Positions 13,827 to 29,299 of a stretch of DNA of 64,000 nucleotides are shown in pieces; the first letter of the stretch is position 1, and every line of letters starts with the position of its first letter. Made by a program: the position numbers and the translations under genes. Origin of the DNA: Eledone cirrhosa (taxonomy: Eukaryota); assembly GCA_964016885.1 (NCBI GenBank), contig OZ024744.1:38316001-38380000 (forward strand), given 5' to 3'. Under the pieces are notes generated by a model. It saw only the letters and a list, made by a program, of their open reading frames with translations, was not told the DNA's origin and searched no databases.

Positions 13827-14261
13827 CTCTAACGACTCTGCTTATACACTGTCTTCCCTATATATAACTGTTTCTACTTTTGGCACAAGGCAAGCAATTA
13901 CACCAGTGTATTACTGATACTTTATTTTATCGACTCTGTAAGAATGAAAGGAAAAGTTAACCTCGGCATGATTTGAACTCAGGGCGTAAAGGGCCGTAAC
14001 TCCATGTTGTGAAGCATGGCGTTGCGGTTCTTCTACCGATACTGCCGTAATGCCGAAGGGCCGTAACGCCATGCTTTACAGCATGGCGTTACGGCCCTTT
14101 ACGCCCTGAGTTCAAATCATGCCGAGGTTAACTTTTCCTTTCATTCTTACAGAGTCGATAAAATAAAGTACCAGTAATACACTGGTGTAATTGCTTGCCT
14201 TGTGCCAAAAGTAGAAACAGTTATATATAGGGAAGACAGTGTATAAGCAGAGTCGTTAGAG
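13827..14261. repeat. Near-perfect ~200-bp-arm palindrome containing an inverted SINE pair
   Basis: 13827-14027 is the reverse complement of ~14061-14261, including ~40 bp beyond the SINE tail. Confidence 0.9.
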
Positions 14262-14519
14262 TATTAGATGAAGCAAGACAAGATTAAATAAAAAGAAAAA
14301 CACAAAACACAAATTGAAAAAACGAAGAGGAAGTGGAGGAAAAGGACAAACAAAAAAAAAAAACCGAAAAAAAAAACCAGTTGAATATTTCTACTGCTGA
14401 ATATTTTGCAGCGTCATTTGCAAGATGTTATCTATAGTTGCATCCTTGAAAATAAATTCCACTTATTTACACCAAGTGTTAAAATGCTCTCTTACTTTCT
14501 TTCTTGCTCACTTTCCCGC

Positions 14520-14833
14520 CCTCTAATTCTCTCCCTCTCTTTCTTTCTCTCTCTCTCACCCCCCCCCCCTCCCTCTCTGTCTCTCTCAAGTTCTCGCTCA
14601 CTTTTTCTCTCTTTTTCTATCTCTTTCACTCTCTCTCTCTCTTTCCCTCCCTCTTTCTCTCTCTATCTATCTATCTATCAATTTATCTAACTATCTATCT
14701 AACTATCTCCCTCTCTCTCATCTCTCCATCCCTCTGTGCCTCTTTCTCACTTTATCTCACTTTCTCTCTCTCACTCTCTTCTCTCTCTCTTCCTCTCTCT
14801 CTTCTCTCTCCCCCTCACTCATTTCCTCCCTCA

Positions 14834-14913
<80 letters not shown>
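14520..14913. repeat. Polypyrimidine/(TC)n tract
   Basis: Direct inspection. Confidence 0.9.
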
Positions 14914-14914
<1 letters not shown>

Positions 14915-15077
14915 GATAGTCTACACAATATCAGTCGTTGCTATCGAGAAGGAGGTAACCACACGCATGAGTGAGCTCTGTCAATTGGAATGACTAGTCT
15001 GTCTGCTGGGACCATGGAGCAGCCTGCAGCCGGGGTTCTGCATGTCGGAGACAGTTCTACAGTGTCCAGACATATTT

Positions 15078-17628
15078 CATGGTAGTAGTAATGGTGGTGG
15101 TTTGTGTAATATTGGAGAAAGTTCTCCCACGTTGTTGTAGGTAGTAATGGTGGTGGTGTGTAATATAGGAGAGAGTTCTCCCACGTTGTTGTAGGTATAA
15201 TGGTGGTGTGTAATATAGGAGAGAGTTCTCCCACGTTGTTGTAGGTAGTAATGGTGGTGGTGTGTAATATAGGAGAGAGTTCTCCCACGTTGTTGTAGGT
15301 AGTAATGGTGGTTTGTAATATAGGAGAGAGTTCTCTCACGTTGTTGTAGGTAGTAATGGTGGTGGTGTGTAATATAGGAGAGAGTTCTCCCACGTTGTTG
15401 TAGGTATAATGGTGGTGTGTAATATAGGAGAGAGTTCTCCCACGTTGTTGTAGGTAGTAATGGTGGTGGTTTGTGTAATATTGGAGAAAGTTCTCCCACG
15501 TTGTTGTAGGTAGTAATGGTGGTGGTGTGTAATATAGGAGAGAGTTCTCCCACGTTGTTGTAGGTAGTAATGGTGGTGGTGTGTAATATAGGAGAGAGTT
15601 CTCCAACGTTGTTGTAGGTAGTAATGGTGGTTTGTAATATAGGAGAGAGTTCTCCCACGTTGTTGTAGGTAGTAATGGTGGTGGTGTGTAATATAGGAGA
15701 GAGTTCTCCCACGTTGTTGTAGGTAGCAATGGTGGTGGTGTGTAATATAGGAGAGAGTTCTCCCACGTTGTTGTAGGTAGTAATGGTGGTGGTGTGTAAT
15801 ATAGGAGAGAGTTCTCCCACGTTGTTGTAGGTAGTAATGGTGGTGGTGTGTAATATAGGAGAGAGTTCTCCAACGTTGTTGTAGGTATAATGGTGGTGTG
15901 TAATATAGGAGAGAGTTCTCCCACGTTGTTGTAGGTATAATGGTGGTGTGTAATATAGGAGAGAGTTCTCCCACGTTGTTGTAGGTAGTAATGGTGGTGG
16001 TGTGTAATATAGGAGAGAGTTCTCCCACGTTGTTGTAGGTATAATGGTGGTGGTGTGTAATATAGGAGAGAGTTCTCCCGCGTTGTTGTAGGTAGTAATG
16101 GTGGTGTGTAATATAGGAGAGAGTTCTCCCGCGTTGTTGTAGGTAGTAATGGTGGTGTGTAATATAGGAGAGAGTTCTCCCACGTTGTTGTAGGTATAAT
16201 GGTGGTGTGTAATATAGGAGAGAGTTCTCCCACGTTGTTGTAGGTAGTAATGGTGGTGGTGTGTAATATAGGAGAGAGTTCTCCCACGTTGTTGTAGGTA
16301 TAATGGTGGTGTGTAATATAGGAGAGAGTTCTCCCACGTTGTTGTAGGTAGCAATGGTGGTGGTTTGTGTAATATTGGAGAGAGTTCTCCCACGTTGTTG
16401 TAGGTAGTAATGGTGGTGGTGTGTAATATAGGAGAGAGTTCTCCCGCGTTGTTGTAGGTAGTAATGGTGGTGGTGTGTAATATAGGAGAGAGTTCTCCCA
16501 CGTTGTTGTAGGTATAATGGTGGTGGTGTGTAATATAGGAGAGAGTTCTCCCACGTTGTTGTAGGTAGTAATGGTGGTGGTGTGTAATATAGGAGAGAGT
16601 TCTCCCACGTTGTTGTAGGTAGTAATGGTGGTGGTTTGTGTAATATAGGAGAGAGTTCTCCCACGTTGTTGTAGGTAGTAATGGTGGTGGTGTGTAATAT
16701 AGGAGAGAGTTCTCCCACGTTGTTGTAGGTAGTAATGGTGGTGGTGTGTAATATAGGAGAGAGTTCTCCCACGTTGTTGTAGGTAGTAATGGTGGTGGTG
16801 TGTAATATAGGAGAGAGTTCTCCCGCGTTGTTGTAGGTAGTAATGGTGGTGTGTAATATAGGAGAGAGTTCTCCCGCGTTATTGTAGGTAGCAATGGTGG
16901 TGGTTTGTGTAATATTGGAGAGAGTTCTCCCACGTTGTTGTAGGTAGTAATGGTGGTGGTTTGTGTAATATAGGAGAGAGTTCTCCCACGTTGTTGTAGG
17001 TAGTAATGGTGGTGGTGTGTAATATAGGAGAGAGTTCTCCCACGTTGTTGTAGGTAGTAATGGTGGTGGTGTGTAATATAGGAGAGAGTTCTCCCACGTT
17101 GTTATAGGTATAATGGTGGTGTGTAATATAGGAGAGAGTTCTCCCACGTTGTTGTAGGTAGTAATGGTGGTGGTTTGTGTAATATAGGAGAGAGTTCTCC
17201 CACGTTGTTGTAGGTAGTAATGGTGGTGGTGTGTAATATAGGAGAGATTTCTCCCACATTGTTGTAGGTAGTAATGGTGGTGGTGTGTAATATTGGAGAG
17301 AGTTCTCCCACGTTGTTGTAGGTAGTAATGGTGGTGGTGTGTAATATAGGAGAGAGTTCTCCCACGTTGTTGTAGGTAGTAATGGTGGTGGTGTGTAATA
17401 TAGGAGAGAGTTCTCCCACGTTGTTGTAGGTAGTAATGGTGGTGGTGTGTAATATAGGAGAGAGTTCTCCCGCGTTGTTGTAGGTAGTAATGGTGGTGGT
17501 GTGTAATATTGGAGAGAGTTCTCCCGCGTTGTTGTAGGTAGTAATGGTGGTGGTGTGTAATATAGGAGAGAGATCTCCCACGTTGTTGTAGGTATAATGG
17601 TGGTGGTGTGTAATATAGGAGAGAGTTC
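15078..17628. repeat. Minisatellite, ~54-bp unit (49-55 bp variants), roughly 48 copies
   Basis: Unit gtaggtagtaatggtggtggtgtgtaatataggagagagttctcccacgttgtt repeated head-to-tail with no spacers. Confidence 0.97.
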
Positions 17629-17653
17629 TACCCAACTCGTCGTACCCAACCCC

Positions 17654-21870
<4,217 letters not shown>

Positions 21871-22187
21871 TATTTTTTACGCTCTTTCCTACGTTCCACT
21901 ACACACTATACATCTCATTCTACATTCCCTTACATCTCTCTCTTCACCACCGGATTCTGTTACCCAGAGATTTACCCATCTGCCTTGTTGAGGCTTCCAA
22001 AACAACCAAAAAAAAATAAATCTTATTATTCCACAATGCTTCAAACAAACTTCAATACTCTCTTATATATATATATAGTAATAATAATAAATGTGAAGAC
22101 TAGAATTCAAAGAGGGCTCGATAAGGATGAATATATATCAAATATATAAGAACACTAGAGCAAATATTTATTAAAATAACAGATTAA

Positions 22188-22348
<161 letters not shown>

Positions 22349-22399
22349 ATACTTTGGGAGGGTCATGTTGCCAATAAGAAACACACGCACCAGTTGCTT

Positions 22400-22907
22400 T
22401 CACTTCACTTCAATTTATTATAAATTAAATTTATAAATTTCCGGTTGGTTGGTTCCACAACCGGACGGTTGTTCATATATTGTCAAAGTTCTTTCGTCAC
22501 ACATTCTGTGACCTCATCAGTGACAGGGGATTCTTTTCTTTGTTTTTGTGCCTCTTCTTTGTTCTGTCCTACGCCATCTTGTTTTTGTGTGTGTTGTCTG
22601 CTTAGTTTGCGCATATGTTACATCCCGGTGTCTGTGTGTGTTTATATTTGTTTATTTATTTACATGTTACTGGTTGGTTGTTTGTTCTACGTGTGTGTGT
22701 GTTTTCATTTTGTCCTTAATTGTAAGTTGTGATGTTGCTATTCCATTAATGTTTTCTATTTAATTTGGTAGGAGTTCATTTATGTTTATTGCCTCTGTGA
22801 TTTGTCTAAACATTGCGTCTTTTCTGTGTGTAGATTCTATTTTTATTTCTGTTCTCTAATTTGCCCTTATGTTCTATTTTAGCATGTTGGTGGAGTATTG
22901 ATGATTC
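22400..22907 (-). mobile_element. 3' part (GIY-YIG C-terminus + pLTR) of the PLE whose RT lies at 25810-27140
   Basis: Reverse complement translates SSILHQHAKIEH...HRKDAMFRQITEAININE and continues the frame broken at 25806 (…ELQDKKE|SSILHQH). Confidence 0.8.
22481..22525 (-). ncRNA. Type I hammerhead ribozyme motif (PLE pLTR)
   Basis: Reverse complement: UGUCA-CUGAUGA-G-GUCAC AGAAUGU GUGAC-GAAA-GAAC-UU-UGACA. Canonical core, perfect stems I and II. Confidence 0.8.
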
Positions 22908-25805
22908 TGTAGTGACCTACTTTCCACGGGCTCACATACATTCTCTGTGCGTGATTTGGCTCAGCTCAGCCAATCAGCGCCAGTAGAAGAGGATGTATCC
23001 CTACGCGTCCTGAGAGAGAAATTACCCGCAAAGATTTGAGGGATCTCTCTCTTCCAGCTCGGCCGTGTTAAGGTAAACAACTACTTTTCTTTCGCCGTGA
23101 AATCACTAGCCAATATGTAACACAACAATTTAACCACGGCGTGGCAACACCTAACAGCCAGTAGCCCGTGTCTTTCTGAAATCTTATTTCGTTTGTTTTA
23201 TTTCTCTTGGCATGCCAGCTCAACCTTTGTTAATAAATAATGTAAAACATGCTAAAGTCGTTGTCCATATTCCTATCATATCTTTCTACCAAAGATGGTT
23301 CCTCGTGGCAACATTACAACTTCAAAATACATTTACTGCTAAACTGGTGACCCCGACGTGAGGTAGGTCACTATAATACCCGACGTGATTTCTTTTTTCT
23401 TTGGGATCGCTCTTACTAGGGAGATAGTAGAGTTGTTGTTCAATGCAACTAATGAAAATATCCCTTTTAAAATTGTAAAAAAATTAGCAGTATTTCAAAA
23501 ACTTTTCGCCACGAGGAAATTTCAAAATGGCTACCGACAAGTCCTGTCTACAATCAACAACGACAACAGCAGCATCAGCAGCGGCAGCGACAACATTGTT
23601 TAACCACTAACCAACAACAGGGAATAGTGAGATGGCAGCTTCATAGCCTTACCGACGCAAACCACCACACATCGGAAATTTCAAAACGGCTACCACCAAG
23701 TACCAGCCATCATCAGCAGCAACACATGGCTAACTATTAACCAACACCAGGGAACGGATTGTAACTTTGCCGACGCAACCACCATACTTTCTGTCTCATT
23801 ACCACAAGGACTCGAGAAATTAAGACATTAGTTTTCTCACCATTATGGCGTCAGACGTGGCTGCCGTGTTGGTGACTCTAGGTTCTTCAACGCTCGACTT
23901 CGACTCCACAGAAGATTCATTGTGACTTTGCTTTGACAACAACAACTCTACTAGCTCCCTAGTAAGAGCGATCCCAAAGAAAATAAAGCGAACTTTTTGT
24001 TAAAAGAAAGGAAACAATTCTTTCTTTCTTCCTTTTTTTTTCAGGCATTTATTTTGGACATTTATTTTTTTTAAAACTGTATTATATGAAAATTCATTTC
24101 TCTCTATCATTGTATATGTGACCGCACGCACACATTTTCTTTGCTGTATTACATGCCTGCATATATACACACACCAACATGTTGTCTATGGTGTGTGATC
24201 TTCAGGCGTCGTAATATTCTGCGAGATCTCTTTTCACTTTCTGGAGGTACCAAAACATGCTGTCGACACTTGCAGCTTAATTCACTTGCACCGCAACACG
24301 AGAATGCTAATTGCAGCTGAACTCAAACAGTTTCGCATCTCGTTGCACATTCATCGTCCATAACAACCTCTATCTTGTTATCTTACCCAACTCACCGGGA
24401 AAACAACAAATAGAACTGGACTTGTCAGCATTTCCACCACTTCTGTGGATTCGCCCGAATTGTGGGACGGCAACCCACCTACAGATTCAGCTTGCTTTTG
24501 TTTTCTTATCAAAGCAACCAGCCATTTTCTCCTGGCTCCCTAGCACATTCGGCAATACATATGGGAGGCCAACATTTTCTCGCCTACCCATCATCTTCTT
24601 GCCAGCACTGGTAAACTACCATAATAGTTTAGCAGAGAGTTATATTTAGAGAGTTGTAAGGTTGCCACGAGGAACCAGGTTTGGTAGAAAGATATGATAG
24701 GAATATCGACAACGACTTTAGATTGTCTTTACATTATTTATTAACAAAGGTTAAGAAGTGAATTAAGCTGGCATGCCAAGAATAATGAAATCATTCAATT
24801 AAGATTACAAGAGAAAATACGGTCGACTGGCTGAGGCGTTTGGCCAGGTCCGTAGTAATATTGTTGTCGTTACATATTGTTTGTGCTTACGGAGCAAAAG
24901 AACAAGTGGTGTTTACCTTAGCATGGTCAAGCTGCCAGAGTGTTAGATTTCTCAAATCTTCGCGGGCTATTTCTCCCTCAGAACGCGTAGGGATACATTC
25001 TCTTCCCCTGGCACTGATTGGCTGAGCTGAGCCAAATCACGCACAGAGAATGTATGTGAGCCCGCGGAATGTAGGTCATACAATAGCTTCGTCCACAGCT
25101 ACTGGTACAACACTTACCATTAACATTTAATGCAAGAACAGCAACTTCGCCTATGTCAGACTTTATCCGTTTTCTGTTAGACCTTTGGTGGTCACGTATA
25201 AACTACAAAACAGCTAGTCATTTGACACAGCGGCTCAACACGGCCCGTAGCGCCTCATTTTTTTTTGCATGCATCCTTTGCGCAATTATTTTTTCACTGA
25301 TGTGCTCTTTCAGCATTTGTTCTTGCTGATTCAATAATCTGTATCGACTTCCGTCTAGAAGGGGGGTATTGTAGTGACCTACATTCCGCGGGCTCACATA
25401 CATTCTCTGTGCGTGATTTGGCTCAGCTCAGCCAATCAGCGCCAGTAGAAGAGGATGTATCCCTACGCGTCCTGAGAGAGAAATTACCCGCAAAGATTTG
25501 AGGGATCTCTCTCTTCCAGCTCGACCGTGCTAAGGTAAACAACTACTTTTGTTTCGCCGTGAAATCACTAGCCAATATGTAACACAACAATTTAACCACG
25601 GCGTGGCAACACCTAACAGCCAGTAGCCCGTGTCTTTCTGAAATCTTAATTCGTTTGTTTTATTTCTCTTGGCATGCCAGCTCAACCTTTGTTAATAAAT
25701 AATGTAAAACATGCTAAAGTCGTTGTCCATATTCCTATCATATCTTTCTACCAAAGATGGTTCCTCGTGGCAACATTACAACTTCAAAATACATTTTCTG
25801 CTAAA
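22908..25805 (+). mobile_element. Non-autonomous Ty3/Gypsy-type LTR retrotransposon (CsRn1-like by PBS)
   Basis: 436-bp LTRs at 22908-23343 and 25370-25805 (about 7 differences by eye). PBS TGGTGACCCCGACGTGA (tRNA-Trp) at 23345-23361. PPT agaagggggg at 25357-25366. 4-bp TSD attc. No gag/pol ORF. Confidence 0.92.
24628..25082 (-). mobile_element. Solo LTR of a related subfamily inserted antisense inside the LTR element
   Basis: Reverse complement aligns to the whole LTR (tgtatgacctac...ctgctaaa). Own 4-bp TSD atag at 24624-27 and 25083-86. Confidence 0.88.
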
Positions 25806-25809
25806 ATTC

Positions 25810-27140
25810 TTTTTTATCTTGAAGCTCTCGCCAGTGTTCATTTAACCGTTCTCCTATACTACGAGCTGTCTCACCTATGTACACTATATTCTTATCTTTA
25901 CATTGTCCTTAAATACATCTTATGCTATATACTACATTTCTAGTTTTACAGATAATATGGGGCTTAGTTTACAGCTATGCATTTCTTATCTATACAGGGA
26001 TGTAAAAGGGTATGTATTACTAATAAGTGTTTTTATGGAGGTACCTGGTCTTTCTACTATCTTAATATTAAGTTTAAGTTTATCTAGGGCCCTTCTAAAT
26101 TTGTAAGTTAATTCACTTCTAGGGGTTGTATTGATGAACATTACACTCTGGTATTTATTGCTATCATACCATGAGTTTATTCTATTAACCTTATTCCTAG
26201 TTCTTTCTATTCTATTCCAAAATTTGCTCCTATACAAGGGGCAGGTCCCATTTGTATCATTATTTACCATTTTTTCCCATTTGGTTCTGGCTCCTCTATA
26301 TACTCTGATTTTATCTCTCTGATTGTAACCAGAGAACTGCATACGGTGGATGAAGTGTTGTATGTGTCTCTCTAGTTCTTTGAGGTTGCACATGCGGGAC
26401 ACGTTTCTCATCACCCGTACCAAATCCGCAATCAGTATGTTGATTTTGGTGTGATTCGAAACAGCTAAGGTTGGGTAGATCAGATATTTGGAAGTCATGG
26501 GTTTGGCATAATGGGAATGGAGGATTTGTTTTTTGTTATTAATGGTTTCTAACCAGAGCTCTGTGTCTAGTACAGGTAATCGATGGTTGGGGTGTTTGCT
26601 TGGGTAGTCTATAGTGAGTCTAATACTCTGGTGGATGGAGTTAGCTATTTGTTGGATGCTTTCTATTGTGTTTTTCTCTAATTCCTGACTGTTCTCTAGT
26701 GGGGGTGTTTTTACTACGATGTTTCTATCATCAACGAGGCGGGAGTACATCATCAGGGTTAAGAGGTTGCTGTCTTCTAATTGTTCTTTAAGTTTAAGTT
26801 TAAGTTTATTGTCCCACCATACCATGAATAGGTTAGCTATGTCCCCTGCAATGCTAACACCAATGGCTGCTCCCTCATATTGGGCATATGTTTTTCCATT
26901 AAATTTGAACATATGTTCCTTAAGGGTTAGTTTTATATTGGCCCCCACCGCATGTGCAATCATTTTCTTTAGTTCATCGTGGTTTTCGGGGGTCCGTATG
27001 GTTCTGGTCCACCCGTTCCATCTTTCTGTGCAGGTTTTCTTGGCCATTGAGGTAATGGTAGGTGGTCTGCATCTTGCTGGTCTTGTGAGGCACAGGTTGC
27101 TAAGGTCATATGTATCTAGATAATCATTACTATAGGTAAG
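25810..27140 (-). mobile_element. Penelope-like element RT + GIY-YIG N-half (tentatively Naiad-like)
   Basis: ORF 25986-27185: YAQYEGAAIG..IANLFMVWWD, YSRLVDD, IDYPSKH..LPVLD, HYAKPM. Downstream CKTRNVVY..YIGETARSIGERLNEH. Confidence 0.88.
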
Positions 27141-27142
27141 TT

Positions 27143-27177
<35 letters not shown>

Positions 27178-27465
27178 GGTAACAAAATATTGTTATAGGT
27201 AATCCAGTTAGAGGTTGTGAATACTTCGTATTATGAATAGTTTTAGCGTACGGCGTTGATTGACTCAAGAAGAGGTTTACGTAGGTGGCGAGTTTATGAT
27301 TACACTTGTATTCCTATGTAAGTTTATCTTGGAGTAATAAAATTGAAAAAGTGAAGAATAACATGATCAACAGTACAAAAAGGGGTTTTAATTACAGTCT
27401 GACTATTGTTTCTCTGATTAAGTTATCTAAAAATTGCTGTGCCACTCAATTTAAAATACGTTGTT

Positions 27466-27792
<327 letters not shown>

Positions 27793-28348
27793 TATATGTA
27801 TACAGACATAAACGGAAACAAATATATGCACGTTTGCACGCTCACAGACACATATATACACACGCACATACATATATATATATAAATATATACATATATT
27901 TATATAAACAAATATATATGTGTGTGTGTATGTATGTATGTGTCTGTGAACGTGCAAACCTGTGTATGTGTGTGCGTGTGGGTCTATGTTTACATTTATG
28001 TATGTATCTAGGCTAGAAGTCTAGAGTTTCGACAAATAGTGATCGATAAAATATAATTCAGACAAAAAAATACGTACTGGGTCGATTTTATTGATTTAAT
28101 TGAAGGCGGTGTCCTAGCATGACAACAGTGTAATTATTGAATGCCGTTAAAGAATTTTTAAAAATGGAAAAAGAATAATAAACTTAACTAACCAAAACTC
28201 CCAATTCTGATAGCTAGTTTGCAATTGTAAGGGAAATAATACATACATGAAATTATCTCCCGTGAAAACGTCAGGTAAGGGAGATAACATATTTTGGATT
28301 AAATTTACTCTGGGATTTATAATTTCTTTCTTTTACATCCCTATACAG

Positions 28349-28860
28349 CAAAGGTTCTCAAATGTTCGCCCCCCCCCCCCCCCCCCTTCCTCACAGCCAC
28401 GTAATACACACAGCGCCCGCAACCTTATTTCCAGAGAGACCTGTCTTCGTGAAAATTGTAAATAATATATAATAAATGAAATCGTTAATTTATATATAAT
28501 AAATAATATAATTGTTTCTACTTTTGGCACAAGGCCAGCAATGACCCAGTACATTACTGGTACTTTATGTTATCGACCCGGTAAGGATGAAAGGCAAAGT
28601 TAATCTCGGCGGGATTTGAACTCAGAATGGAAAGGGCCGTAACTCTATGCGTCAAAGCATGACATACTATATGTAAATAGATATATTTTTATTATTTTAC
28701 TATATATATATATATATATGTATCATTTGATATTTAATATACTATTATATCATCTCTATACCACTATCGCCATCCCACTTAGGCCCCAGTGCCCCCTGGA
28801 TGTTCACAATACCCCCTCCATCACACCCGGCGGCGGTAGTGTCCATTCTGAGAACCTCTG
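28349..28860. mobile_element. hAT MITE with nested SINE (28509-28662, -)
   Basis: TIRs caaaggttctca / tgagaacctctg. 8-bp TSD ctatacag/caatacag. Confidence 0.7.
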
Positions 28861-29057
28861 CAATACAGCCACATCTGCCCATTTTTAAACCCCTTTCATC
28901 TTTATTTTATTACTTAATTTTGATGTTCGATCATTGTATAACTTTTGTTGTTAAAATATAGTTGATATAGAAATCCTTGTTTTAAAAAGGAAATGTTATA
29001 AAATAAAAATTTATATTATAATTTGAAGTTTTTACGGGTTGTAATTCCCTGCTGCTG

Positions 29058-29105
<48 letters not shown>

Positions 29106-29299
29106 CTGCTAGTGCTAGTGCTACTAGTGCTGCTGCTGCTGTTGTTGTTGTTTCTGCTGCTGCTGTTACTGTAGCTGTCGCTTTCGTAGCTGGTCTTTCT
29201 ATTGCTGTCACTCTTGTTGGCATTGCTGCTGCTGCTGTTGCTGCTACTACTATTACTACAACCACCACCACCACCATTATCTCTACCACCACCACCAGC

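Noticed and set aside
15078-17628. CRISPR array
   Set aside because: Units are contiguous with no unique spacers, no cas genes are present, and the context is eukaryotic.
22908-25805. DIRS/Ngaro tyrosine-recombinase element, suggested by mixed direct and inverted repeats
   Set aside because: tRNA PBS, PPT and 4-bp TSDs indicate an integrase-type LTR element, and the inverted copy has its own TSD.
25880-26010. Selenocysteine (UGA-for-Cys) recoding as reported for some Naiad PLEs
   Set aside because: The Cys positions in the linker and GIY-YIG region are TGT/TGC, and the disruptions are frameshifts and TAA.
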